Assembly: GCA_020353355.1 (NCBI GenBank) | Contig: CP070694.1 | Span: 2,447,026 to 2,511,025, forward strand | DNA: 64,000 nt | Direction of reading: 5' to 3' | Source: Desulfobacterales bacterium | Lineage (GTDB): Bacteria > Desulfobacterota > Desulfobacteria > Desulfobacterales > JAHEIW01 | Shown here: positions 1-9,215 of the stretch, piece by piece | Layout of the letters: each line of letters opens with the position of its first letter | Position numbering within the stretch: the stretch's first letter is position 1 | Made by a program: the position numbers and the translations under genes | Notes under the pieces: generated by a model | What the model was told of the DNA's origin: nothing | Database searches by the model: none | The model's input: the letters and a program-made list of their open reading frames with translations, nothing else

Positions 1-158
1 TCCACGGCTAGCTTCCAATCTTCAGGATATTCATTCTCGCAGCTTCGGCGATCATTGCGTCTTGATGCTAATCTATCAAAAATAAATCGGTGTGGCCGAT
101 AATTGCAATCTAAATTGTATATCATCGGCACGACCACTTCGAGCAGGATTGGCCTCAT
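1..158 (-). CDS. hypothetical protein, N-terminal part only (gene runs off the left edge)
   Basis: Absent from the ORF track because it is open at the window edge. ATG at 158-156 is preceded by AAGGAG (173-168, 9-nt spacer). Reads MRPILLEVVVPMIYNLDCNYRPHRFIFDRLASRRNDRRSCENEYPEDWKLAV... No family recognised. Confidence 0.35.
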   Translation of the reverse strand, partial: MRPILLEVVVPMIYNLDCNYRPHRFIFDRLASRRNDRRSCENEYPEDWKLAV

Positions 159-330
159 CTATGGTTTCTCCTTAAACAGTATTCGTTAGAAAAAATCATG
201 GAAGTACAAGTAAGACTGTTTTCATTTATTTGCAAGGCCTGCCTCAAAAAAATTTCATGCATTTAAGCCGCACCAATTTTAAAGCCGGAATGGGCGATTT
301 TTTTAATTTTATCAAAATTTGCCCATTTTC

Positions 331-1344
331 TTATGCCCACACACCATCAATGTTGGCACCACATGTGGTGCAATGCCCGTTTTCCATCCTCAATTTCCCC
401 ACCTGAAATCCCCACCGCTCGATGACCATCTGCCCGCAGTTGCAGCAAAACGTATTTTCACCCTCATCACCCGGCACATTGCCGGTATAGACATATTTTA
501 GACCGACACCTAAACCAATTTCTCGAGCTATTTTAAGGGTTTCCACCGGTGTAGAGGGTCTATCGGTCAATTTATAGGTCGGGTGAAAGCGGCTGATATG
601 CCAGGGTGTTTCGGATCCCAGATCATTTCTAATGAAGGTTGCCAGCTCCTTTAGTTCAGCCCTCTCATCATTTAGCCCGGGCACAATCAAGGTGGTGACT
701 TCCACGAAAATACCAAGGGATTTCATTAATTTTAAGGTTTCCAGGACGTGTTTGCGTTTCGCCCCACAGAGCTCCTTGTAGTATTTATCGCTGAAGGCTT
801 TCAGATCCACATTGGCCGCATCCAGATACGGATTGATCATGTTGAGGGCTTCGGCAGTCATATACCCGTTGGTCACAAAAACGTTGCGGATTCCTTTCTG
901 ATGGGCAAGTTTGGCGGTATCATAGGCAAACTCAAAAAAAACGGTCGGCTCGGTATACGTATAGGAGATGCTTTGGCAGCGGCCCCTTTCAGCTCCAGCG
1001 ACCACTTCCGATGGTGCAAATGACTCTCCCATGATAGCGCCCTTGTGATCGGTTGGCATCTGGGCAATATCTGCATTCTGGCAAAACCGGCATCTGAAAT
1101 TACAGCCAACCGTAGCGATGGAATAGGATAAGGTTCCGGGGAAGAAATGAAAAAGGGGCTTTTTTTCGATGGGATCGATATGTCTGGCAATTAGTTTGCC
1201 GTATACCAGGGTCTTTAATATTTCGGAATGATTTTCCCTGACACCGCAGATCCCCCGGCGCCCGTCTTTAACAACGCATCGATGGCTGCAGAGATTGCAT
1301 TTTACTTTGTTTTCCTCAAGAGGTTCATATAGATAGGCTTCCAT
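331..1344 (-). CDS. amrS: AmmeMemoRadiSam-system-type radical SAM enzyme (PflA-like activase fold)
   Basis: ORF 331-1410. Start placed at ATG 1344 (MEAYLYEPLEENKVKCNLCSHRC...) with AAGGAG at 1360-1355. Radical-SAM motif CNFRCRFC, plus an N-terminal CNLCSHRC cluster and a C-terminal CCNCG...CTTCG cluster. Confidence 0.8.
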   Translation of the reverse strand: MEAYLYEPLEENKVKCNLCSHRCVVKDGRRGICGVRENHSEILKTLVYGKLIARHIDPIEKKPLFHFFPGTLSYSIATVGCNFRCRFCQNADIAQMPTDHKGAIMGESFAPSEVVAGAERGRCQSISYTYTEPTVFFEFAYDTAKLAHQKGIRNVFVTNGYMTAEALNMINPYLDAANVDLKAFSDKYYKELCGAKRKHVLETLKLMKSLGIFVEVTTLIVPGLNDERAELKELATFIRNDLGSETPWHISRFHPTYKLTDRPSTPVETLKIAREIGLGVGLKYVYTGNVPGDEGENTFCCNCGQMVIERWGFQVGKLRMENGHCTTCGANIDGVWA

Positions 1345-1363
1345 AATTGCTTCGCTCCTTTGA

Positions 1364-1480
1364 GGAATAATGGAATGCTGGAATATTGGAATAATGAGAC
1401 ATAAAACCAAAGAATATCATTTTTATAATAGCATAATTCCTTAAACCCATCATTCCACCATTCCATTATTCCATTTTTCC
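1364..1480. repeat. Periodic inverted-repeat element (8-nt GGAATNNN units x4 per arm, about 52-nt AT-rich spacer)
   Basis: Left arm: ggaataat/ggaatgct/ggaatatt/ggaataat (1364-1395). Right arm: atcattcc/accattcc/attattcc/atttttcc (1449-1480). The right arm is the imperfect reverse complement of the left (26/32 in register). Confidence 0.75.
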
Positions 1481-1500
1481 AACAGGGGCATTAGCCCCTC

Positions 1501-2247
1501 TTAGCCTGTGGCCGTCCCGGTGGTGTGTTTGGTTTGATACCGCATGGCCAGCGGTCTGGTTCTGAATCTGGGAATCAGGGAAATCACCATTCCGGCAAAC
1601 GCGCCGAATGGGCATCGTTGAATAATCCGGTTTTGCTCGAAGCTGTGGACGAATTGTCCGCCGGGCGAGGGCAGTTGGCAGACGGTTCGCCAGGATATCG
1701 GAACGGAGCCTAAAATACCTCGAATGATGCCTTTTAACTCCCAAACGCTGAAAAATTGGGCATGGTTATATATCGTTGGTGAAAACATCCCCTTGACACG
1801 CCGTTGGATTCCCTTGATGGCATATCGGTTCAGTACCCCAATAAAGACCCGATCTTTAGCTACCCGAAAGGCTTCTTCCAGCGCTTTTTGGGGGTCTTCA
1901 ACAAATTCCAAGGTGGTAAACAGACAGGCATAGGTAAATGAATTATCGTCAAACGGAAGATCTTCAGCATAACCCCGATATAAGTCTACACGGTTGCCAA
2001 GATTCTTAATGGCAACATCGAGCATATAGGTGGACGGATCTAATCCCGTAACCTGCAAGCCCATATCCAAAAAAGCTTGGAGGCATGCACCGATTCCGCA
2101 GCCTACATCGAGCACAGATTCCCCTCGCATGGGTTTGAGCAGATCACGCATCAGCTGTGCCTCGAGCTCAAAAACAGATCTGTTTTGTGGCTTCTGGAAC
2201 CACTGCTCTGAGGCGAGTGCCTCCTGGAAATTAAAAACGTGTCCCAT
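1501..2247 (-). CDS. class I SAM-dependent methyltransferase (type 11-like)
   Basis: 248-aa ORF. Motif I is VLDVGCGIG, followed by GLD and the acidic loop. Typical length and fold signature. Confidence 0.85.
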   Translation of the reverse strand: MGHVFNFQEALASEQWFQKPQNRSVFELEAQLMRDLLKPMRGESVLDVGCGIGACLQAFLDMGLQVTGLDPSTYMLDVAIKNLGNRVDLYRGYAEDLPFDDNSFTYACLFTTLEFVEDPQKALEEAFRVAKDRVFIGVLNRYAIKGIQRRVKGMFSPTIYNHAQFFSVWELKGIIRGILGSVPISWRTVCQLPSPGGQFVHSFEQNRIIQRCPFGAFAGMVISLIPRFRTRPLAMRYQTKHTTGTATG

Positions 2248-2300
2248 GCGAGATAATTTAAGGAATAAATCTCAGTTTATCAAGGACTAATCGGTTTGAT

Positions 2301-3854
2301 TTATTCATCGGTGGATGGAGAGACTGATTCTCCGGACGCGGGACGCTTTTTTTTAGGACTCGATCGTCTCTTTCTTTTCTTCGGCGGTTCTTCCATGCGC
2401 TTTGATGATTTAGATGCTTCCGCCCCTACCGGCTCAGGGCCAAAGCCAAAGAAAGCACCTGGAAAGGAACGCTCTCTGGCTTTTTCCGGTTTTGGGCGAT
2501 GGGCCGTTTTCTGTTTATTTTGCTTCCGTCCTTTACGCTGAGCCGATCGCCTCAGGCGGGCATTTCGTTGTGAGACGTATGGCTTGGATCGATCTTCAAC
2601 AAACCAATCATCCTCTGGCCAGACCACCGGAATCTTATAGTCTAACATCTCTTCCAGAGGTTCTAAATGAAATACATATTCTTCACACGCCAAAGACAGT
2701 GCTTTGCCCGATTTGCCTGCTCTGGCAGTGCGGCCAATACGGTGAACATAGTTTTCGGAATCTTGAGGCAGGTCATAATTCACAATGTGGCTGATATCCT
2801 CCACATGAATGCCTCTGGAGGCCACATCGGTCGCAACCAAAATCTTGATGCGGCCATTTTTAAAGCCTTCCATGAGACTGAATCGTTTGCGCTGGGGTAG
2901 ATCGCCGGTAATTCCTTCCGCAGGCCATCCATTGCCTTTTAGTTTTTGAGTCAGCCAATCAACGGCAACTTTGGTATTTACAAAAATAAGTACCCGACTC
3001 CAATCTTCTCGTTTTAGCAATCCCAAAAGCAGTGAAAGTTTTTTTTCCCGACCCACATGAAACATGACCTGATCGATACCTTCGACGGTAATCTGATCGG
3101 GAGTAACCGAGATAAACTCTGGCAGATTCATGTATTCATAGGTCAGCTCCATCACACGGTAGGAGAGAGTGGCCGAAAAAATCATCGACTGCCGTTTCTC
3201 GTAGTGCGGCAGTTTGCGCAACAAAAACCGCATATCCTTGGTGAAACCCAGATCAAAAAGACGATCGGCTTCATCAATAACTAAAATTCGAATGCCCTCG
3301 GCCTTGAAAATGCCTTGTTTCAAATAATCAATAATTCGACCGGGGGTACAAATGATGACATCGACACCATGCCTCAGGATTTCAGCCTGTCGCTGATAAT
3401 CAATTCCGCCCACGATCTGAGTCAGTCTCAGGTCGGTATGTTGCGAAAGGATCTTGGCTTCCTCGTAAATTTGACGGGACAATTCACGGGTGGGCGCAAC
3501 GATAAGGGCAGAAGGATGATCCCGCATTTGTTGAGGTAATGACAAAAGGCGGGTAAGAATGGTGACTAAAAACACTGCCGTTTTGCCCGTGCCTGTCTGA
3601 GCCTGACCGGCCACATCGCGACCGGCCAAAGACACCGGCAATGTTTGAGCCTGTATGGGGGTGCAGTAGATAAAGCCAGCGTCACCAAGACCCGAGCGCA
3701 CCTGGGGAGGTAAGTCAAACTCTTCAAACCGGGTTTCGGTTAAAAAATTGGGCGCTTGCGCCCGTTGATTCATTGTCGGATCTTGATTCCCGTTGGGTAG
3801 ATGGTCATTTTCCAATTTTTTCTTCCTACTGAAGGCCGCATCGAAGTTTGCCAT
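2301..3854 (-). CDS. DEAD-box ATP-dependent RNA helicase with basic C-terminal tail
   Basis: Motifs AQTGTGKT, PTRELS, VIDEAD, SAT and HRIGRTARAG. Lys/Arg-rich C-terminal extension. The maximal ORF extends to 3917; ATG 3854 (MANFDAAF...) is preferred. Confidence 0.9.
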   Translation of the reverse strand: MANFDAAFSRKKKLENDHLPNGNQDPTMNQRAQAPNFLTETRFEEFDLPPQVRSGLGDAGFIYCTPIQAQTLPVSLAGRDVAGQAQTGTGKTAVFLVTILTRLLSLPQQMRDHPSALIVAPTRELSRQIYEEAKILSQHTDLRLTQIVGGIDYQRQAEILRHGVDVIICTPGRIIDYLKQGIFKAEGIRILVIDEADRLFDLGFTKDMRFLLRKLPHYEKRQSMIFSATLSYRVMELTYEYMNLPEFISVTPDQITVEGIDQVMFHVGREKKLSLLLGLLKREDWSRVLIFVNTKVAVDWLTQKLKGNGWPAEGITGDLPQRKRFSLMEGFKNGRIKILVATDVASRGIHVEDISHIVNYDLPQDSENYVHRIGRTARAGKSGKALSLACEEYVFHLEPLEEMLDYKIPVVWPEDDWFVEDRSKPYVSQRNARLRRSAQRKGRKQNKQKTAHRPKPEKARERSFPGAFFGFGPEPVGAEASKSSKRMEEPPKKRKRRSSPKKKRPASGESVSPSTDE

Positions 3855-4042
3855 ACGATCACCCCAATTATACTCTGGTTTCAAGATTTTGCAAGATATC
3901 ATCATTACGGGCATCACTTATGGATTCGAGAAACTGGGAATCAGCCACTTGAAACGAGGTAAGAAATATTTATTTTTTAACACCGATATGATAAGCCGTC
4001 ATCAACTTTTCACTATTTTCAAAAAAACAACGCCTTATCGTT

Positions 4043-5284
4043 ATGAAAGATACCATGAAAGAGTTTTTTAAAGTTATCGACCTGGATCAAGTGGCTGCCT
4101 ACATCACACAATTTCCGAAAGTAGGCATTGAAACTGTCGCCTTATCGCAAACCATGGGAAGAATTCTGGCGGATGATATTATTGCCGATATTGATCTCCC
4201 TGATTTTCGACGCGCTACCATGGATGGCTTTGCGGTTCAGGGAGCATCGACCTTTGGCGCCAGTGAAGGCAATCCGGCCTATCTGACCGTCAAAGGTGCG
4301 GTCGCCATGGGAGAACTACCAACTTACTCGATCGGGCCGGGTGAAGCCGTTAGGATAGCCACCGGGGGCATGTTGCCCCAGGGAGCAGACAGTGTTGTGA
4401 TGATCGAACATACGGGTACCATTGATGAAACCACCATTGAAGCTTACCGCAGTGTTGCACCCGGACAGAATATCATCGAAAAGGGAGAAGATTATGAGCA
4501 AGGCACCATCGTGCTTTCAGCCGGCGTAAAAATTAGACCCCAGGAATCAGGTCTGCTGGCAGCCTTCGGCAAAATGCATGTAACGGTGTATAAACAGCCC
4601 GTCATCGGAATCATTTCCACCGGCGATGAGGTGGTTGCCACCGACACATTGCCCGGGCCCGGACAGATACGGGATATCAACACCTTTACATTGTCAGGCT
4701 TGGTGCAACAAAGCGGTGCAAAGCCGGTTTCATTCGGGATTGTAAAAGATAATATTGATGCTCTGGCGCAAAAATGCACTCAAGCGCTTTCCCAATGTGA
4801 TATGGTTTTGATATCCGGCGGAAGCTCAGTGGGTGCGCGTGATTTAACCATCGAGGTTCTTGGCTCCCTGAAAAATACGAAGATCCTCTTTCACGGAATT
4901 TCCATCAGCCCGGGTAAACCGACAATCCTGGCCAACGCCGCTAACAAGGCTTTCTGGGGGCTGCCCGGACATGTGGTTTCAGCGATGATTGTTTATTCAC
5001 GAGTCATCCAACCATTTGTCGAGCATATTGGTGGAACAGCCCCGCAATCTAGCATAAACCTGCGGCGTCAGGCCGTATTGAATCGCAATGTCGCTTCCGC
5101 CCAGGGTCGGGTTGATTTTATCCGCGTGCGGCTGCTAGACAAAGAAGGAATTCTCTGGGCCGAACCCATTCTCGGTAAATCAGGTCTGATCAACACCATG
5201 GTTCAGGCCGATGGACTCATTGAAATTGGAATCAACACGGAAGGATTGGAGAAGGGAACCGAAGTGGAAGTGATACCGCTGTAA
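4043..5284 (+). CDS. moeA: molybdopterin molybdotransferase MoeA
   Basis: 413 aa. MoeA N-domain (RRATMDGFAV), central MoCF-binding domain (IISTGDEV...GGSSVG) and C-terminal beta-barrel. Confidence 0.85.
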   Translation: MKDTMKEFFKVIDLDQVAAYITQFPKVGIETVALSQTMGRILADDIIADIDLPDFRRATMDGFAVQGASTFGASEGNPAYLTVKGAVAMGELPTYSIGPGEAVRIATGGMLPQGADSVVMIEHTGTIDETTIEAYRSVAPGQNIIEKGEDYEQGTIVLSAGVKIRPQESGLLAAFGKMHVTVYKQPVIGIISTGDEVVATDTLPGPGQIRDINTFTLSGLVQQSGAKPVSFGIVKDNIDALAQKCTQALSQCDMVLISGGSSVGARDLTIEVLGSLKNTKILFHGISISPGKPTILANAANKAFWGLPGHVVSAMIVYSRVIQPFVEHIGGTAPQSSINLRRQAVLNRNVASAQGRVDFIRVRLLDKEGILWAEPILGKSGLINTMVQADGLIEIGINTEGLEKGTEVEVIPL

Positions 5285-5336
5285 TCAATGATCCACAATG
5301 AATAAAAAGAAACGACTCAATATTGGTGGAAATCGT

Positions 5337-7271
5337 ATGAAAAAAGAACGTCACGTCTATCTAAAAATGAAAACTTTGGCGGAAGCCCGTAAGATCCTCT
5401 TGGATTCATTTACCTTGACCAATGTCCTGCAAACCGAGGTGCTATCTGTCCCCGAGGCGGTCGGTCGAGTTTTGGCAGAGCCGGTTTTTGCAACGGTTTC
5501 GTCACCGAATTTTCATGCGGCAGCCATGGACGGTATTGCCGTCAGAGCTGATGTGACCTTTGGCGCCAGCCAAACCGCACCGAAAGAGCTCATCATCAAT
5601 CAGAATGCATTTTATGTAAACACCGGACATGTAATGCCGGACAACACCGATGCCGTGATTATGATCGAGCACGTCAATGTGGTTGAGGATGGTCGGGTTG
5701 AAATTGAAGCACCGGTGTATCCATGGCAACATGTCCGCAAAGTCGGCGAGGACATTGTGGCCACCGAGCTGCTTTTTCCGCAAAACCATGTGATCACCCC
5801 CTATTGCGTTGGTGCGCTGCTGGCGGGGGGTGTCTTTTCCGTGCCGCTGAAGTCCAAACCTAAGATCCTGATCATTCCCACAGGATCGGAAATCGTGGAT
5901 TGGCGCCAGATCAACCCGCAAGATCTTAAGCCGGGACAGGCATTTGAAACAAATTCGTATGTGCTTGGCAAATTGGTGGAATCCGGTGGCGGAATAGCTA
6001 AACGCCACGGGATCGTCTCCGATGATATTGAAAAGATCGAACAGGCAGTGGCCACCGCCGTTGATGAAGATTATCACATCATCCTGATTATCGGGGGCTC
6101 ATCGGCCGGATCTGAAGATTATGCCAAAGATGTGATCCTCAAGCAGGGTGAGGTTCTGGTCCATGGTGTCACCATCATGCCCGGCAAACCGGTGGTTGTC
6201 GGAAGCGTGAAGCAAAAACCGGTGATTGGCATTCCCGGATATCCGGTTTCCGCCATCATTGCATTTGAACAGTTCGTCCAGCCCTTAATTGCCCAAATGC
6301 TGGGGCAGGTGGTTCCGGCCAAAAAAATCATTGACGTTGAGCCTACCCGCAAAATTGCTTCCAAGCTCGGGGTGGAGGAATTTGTAAGGGTAAAACTCGG
6401 CAAAGTCGGCCAACGGGTGGTGGCCACACCCTTGCCGCGCGGTGCGGGTTCGATAACGTCGCTCACCGAAGCAGATGGTATCATCCGCATCCCCAACCAT
6501 GTCGAAGGAATAAAGGATCACGAAACCGTGCCGGCGGAGCTTCTGCGACCCTTGTCTGCTATCCATAACACCATCGTTATCGTCGGCAGCCACGACAACA
6601 GCCTGGATGTTTTAACGGATTGTATAAAATCCAAGTATGGCCATCTGACGCTATCCTCCAGTCATGTCGGCAGTATGGGCGGGCTGATGGCGCTAAAGAA
6701 GGGCGTCTGCCATCTGGCGGGCTCCCATTTGCTCGATACCGCTGATGGGTCCTATAATGTATCGTATATCAAAAAACTGTTGCCGAATATGTCCCTAAAA
6801 CTGGTCCATCTGGTTTTGCGGGACCAAGGCTTGATGGTGAAACGCGGAAATCCCAAAAAAATCCATGGAATCGAGGATCTGCCGCGAGAAGATATAGGCT
6901 TTATCAACCGTCAAGGCGGTTCGGGAACACGCATATTGCTCGACTACAAGTTGAAGCAGCTCGGCCTAAATCCTGAAAGGATTAACGGCTATCACCATGA
7001 AGAATTTACGCACATGTCCGTGGCCGTCGCTGTGCTCAGCGGTACCGTAGATACCGGTTTGGGTATTTATGCAGCCGCAAAAGCGTTAAAACTGGATTTC
7101 ATCCCGGTTGTCACGGAACAGTATGATCTGATTATCCCCGAGGATCACTATCATTCGGAAAACATCCAAATTCTGCTGGAAACCATAAATTCGCAAACGT
7201 TCAAACAGCGCGTTGAATCTCTGGGTGGCTACAACACGCAGAGAACCGGCGAACTTATTGATATTAACTAA
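5337..7271 (+). CDS. MoeA paralogue fused to a C-terminal periplasmic-binding-protein-like (PBP-like) domain
   Basis: Start at ATG 5337 (GGTGGA 6 nt upstream). N-terminal about 420 aa are MoeA-like (AAMDGIAV, IIPTGSEI, GGSSAGSED). C-terminal about 220 aa (IVIVGSHDNSLD...GSGTRILLD...) resemble the PBP-like domain seen in archaeal and anaerobe MoeA fusions. Confidence 0.8.
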   Translation: MKKERHVYLKMKTLAEARKILLDSFTLTNVLQTEVLSVPEAVGRVLAEPVFATVSSPNFHAAAMDGIAVRADVTFGASQTAPKELIINQNAFYVNTGHVMPDNTDAVIMIEHVNVVEDGRVEIEAPVYPWQHVRKVGEDIVATELLFPQNHVITPYCVGALLAGGVFSVPLKSKPKILIIPTGSEIVDWRQINPQDLKPGQAFETNSYVLGKLVESGGGIAKRHGIVSDDIEKIEQAVATAVDEDYHIILIIGGSSAGSEDYAKDVILKQGEVLVHGVTIMPGKPVVVGSVKQKPVIGIPGYPVSAIIAFEQFVQPLIAQMLGQVVPAKKIIDVEPTRKIASKLGVEEFVRVKLGKVGQRVVATPLPRGAGSITSLTEADGIIRIPNHVEGIKDHETVPAELLRPLSAIHNTIVIVGSHDNSLDVLTDCIKSKYGHLTLSSSHVGSMGGLMALKKGVCHLAGSHLLDTADGSYNVSYIKKLLPNMSLKLVHLVLRDQGLMVKRGNPKKIHGIEDLPREDIGFINRQGGSGTRILLDYKLKQLGLNPERINGYHHEEFTHMSVAVAVLSGTVDTGLGIYAAAKALKLDFIPVVTEQYDLIIPEDHYHSENIQILLETINSQTFKQRVESLGGYNTQRTGELIDIN

Positions 7272-7464
7272 AAGCTATCTCAAAAATGGCCATCCTTTCA
7301 TTTGTCTGGGCCGATAATTATCCCCCGAGGGTGTTTGCATCCATTTTCTTTGTTCCTTGTCGTCATAGATGCAATTGCATGGCTGCCGATATTTTGAAAA
7401 CAGCCAATTATATTTTCGCTCCAAACAACAGAATTCTCAGCCGCTTATCTTGCAGCACCAGCAA

Positions 7465-7492
7465 TTGACAACCAATATTCTTGCATTACATT
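7465..7492 (+). promoter_or_regulatory. candidate sigma-70 promoter of dnaJ
   Basis: TTGACA (7465-7470), 16 nt, TACATT (7487-7492), about 90 nt upstream of the dnaJ ATG. Pattern match only. Confidence 0.3.
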
Positions 7493-7581
7493 AAAAAAAA
7501 TATTTTAATAGATAGAGAGGGATAGTCTTTTTCTAAAACCACCATACGCCACAGAGAGCTACGACAACTTCGCAAAAGCAT

Positions 7582-8694
7582 ATGAGTACCAAACGGGATT
7601 ACTACGAAATTCTGAATGTAACTAGAAATGCCACGGAAGATGAATTGAAGGCATCTTACCGCAAACTGGCGTTGAAATACCATCCGGACAGAAATCCCGG
7701 GGATAAGCAAGCCGAGGAAAAATTTAAGGAAGCGGCTGAGGCCTACGAAGTGCTGCGCGATTCTGAGAAACGCGGGATATATGACCGCTTTGGCCATCAA
7801 GGTCTAGAAGGAACCGGATTCTCAGGTTTTGGTGGGTTTGACGATATTTTCTCAAGTTTTAGTGACATTTTTGAGGATTTCTTTGGATTCGGCACCCGCA
7901 GGCGCTCCCGATCTAGAGCCCAAAGGGGTGCAGATCTCCGCTATGACTTGTCCCTTACCTTCATGCAAGCTGCCTTTGGAACCGAAGCTGAAATCGAAAT
8001 CGAAAAGATGGAACTCTGCCCGGAATGTAATGGCAGCGGCAGTGAACCGGGCACGCAGCCCGAGACCTGCAGTTATTGCGGGGGAATGGGGCAGGTTTCC
8101 AGAAGTCAGGGATTTTTTACCGTCCGAACGACCTGCCCGACCTGTCGTGGCAACGGCCAAACCATACCCCACCCCTGTGCGAAGTGCCGTGGAACCGGTC
8201 ACGTGATGGTTAACAAAACCGTTTCGGTCAAAATTCCCGCCGGAGTTGATAACGGCTCGCGGCTGCGTTTAAACAGTGAAGGAGAGACCGGTACCTACGG
8301 AGGCCCCCCCGGAGACCTTTATGTATTTATTCACGTTGAGCCCCATGAATTCTTCACGCGCAAAGACAATGACGTGATCTGTAGGGTGCCGATATCGTTT
8401 ATTCAGGCCACCCTTGGCGATAAAATAACGGTGCCTACGCTAAATGGAAATAAGAACCTGGAAATCCCCAAAGGTACCCAGCCCGGAGACATATTCTATT
8501 TTCACGGCGAAGGCATTCCTTCCCTAAGAAATGGCAAACGGGGAGACCAGATCATCCAAGTTGATCTTCGAACACCCACCAACATCAGTAAAAAGCAGGA
8601 GGCACTGCTAAGAGAATTTGCGGACCTCGAATCGAAAAAGTTGTCCACTAAATTAAAAAATATTCTCAAGGGTGGTGTGCCCGATACGGCCTGA
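7582..8694 (+). CDS. dnaJ: molecular chaperone DnaJ
   Basis: J domain with HPD ([10 protein letters not shown]). G/F-rich linker. Four CxxCxGxG zinc-finger repeats ([32 protein letters not shown]). C-terminal substrate-binding domains. Confidence 0.95.
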   Translation: MSTKRDYYEILNVTRNATEDELKASYRKLALKYHPDRNPGDKQAEEKFKEAAEAYEVLRDSEKRGIYDRFGHQGLEGTGFSGFGGFDDIFSSFSDIFEDFFGFGTRRRSRSRAQRGADLRYDLSLTFMQAAFGTEAEIEIEKMELCPECNGSGSEPGTQPETCSYCGGMGQVSRSQGFFTVRTTCPTCRGNGQTIPHPCAKCRGTGHVMVNKTVSVKIPAGVDNGSRLRLNSEGETGTYGGPPGDLYVFIHVEPHEFFTRKDNDVICRVPISFIQATLGDKITVPTLNGNKNLEIPKGTQPGDIFYFHGEGIPSLRNGKRGDQIIQVDLRTPTNISKKQEALLREFADLESKKLSTKLKNILKGGVPDTA

Positions 8695-8720
8695 TAGTCT
8701 GTAGAATTAACGTTTTTATT

Positions 8721-8806
8721 ATTCTATAATTCTTAGGATTCTAGGAAAATTCGAAATTCTAATCTCGAAATTGTTTCGAATTTCTTGCTTCGGATTTCAA
8801 GCTTTT
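8721..8806. repeat. Heptad-periodic dyad element in the dnaJ-queD spacer
   Basis: 7-nt phasing: attctat/aattctt/aggattc/taggaaa/attcgaa/attctaa/tctcgaa then attgttt/cgaattt/cttgctt/cggattt/caagctt. The GAAATTC-type units on the left are mirrored by GAATTTC-type units on the right around position 8772. Pairing between arms is imperfect. Confidence 0.5.
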
Positions 8807-8819
8807 TAGGCTTGTAGTT

Positions 8820-9191
8820 ATGTACGAATTGAAAGTGACAACCCATTTTGCGGCGGCGCATCAACTCACCATGGTCGGTGAAAAATGTGAAAATCTACAT
8901 GGCCACAATTGGAAAATAGAGGTTTATGTAACCGGAGAAAAGTTAGATCAGGCTGGTGTATTGGTGGATTTTGGCGTGATCAAAAAACAGGTCGCAGAAA
9001 TTATGTCAACGCTAGACCATCGGTATTTAAACGATCTCGAGTTTTTCCAATACAACCCGCCCTCCTCTGAAAACATCGCCTATTTTGTCGCCCAGCAGCT
9101 GCAAAAAAAAATCGACAATTCAGCTGTACATCTCAGCCGGGTCAGCGCCTGGGAATCGGATAATGCCTGCGCGACCTACATCGTGGAGTAA
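8820..9191 (+). CDS. queD: 6-carboxy-5,6,7,8-tetrahydropterin synthase QueD
   Basis: 123 aa. CENLHGHNWKIEV (Cys plus HGH zinc and catalytic motif). Size and C-terminal WES...A pattern are typical of QueD/PTPS-I. Confidence 0.9.
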   Translation: MYELKVTTHFAAAHQLTMVGEKCENLHGHNWKIEVYVTGEKLDQAGVLVDFGVIKKQVAEIMSTLDHRYLNDLEFFQYNPPSSENIAYFVAQQLQKKIDNSAVHLSRVSAWESDNACATYIVE

Positions 9192-9215
9192 TGGAATCCT
9201 GCAGTATCTGAAACC

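Noticed and set aside
3918-4042. Moco riboswitch upstream of moeA, and a preQ1 riboswitch upstream of queD (8695-8819)
   Set aside because: Both spacers are AT-rich and lack the GC-rich conserved stems I associate with these aptamers. Only an Infernal/Rfam scan could settle this. Nothing supports a call from reading alone.
5502-6077. 191-aa minus-strand ORF inside the second moeA
   Set aside because: It is antisense to a clearly conserved MoeA domain. No motifs.
7286-7468. 60-aa plus-strand ORF between moeA2 and dnaJ
   Set aside because: No RBS. It is Cys/Phe-rich with an odd composition and overlaps the predicted dnaJ promoter region.
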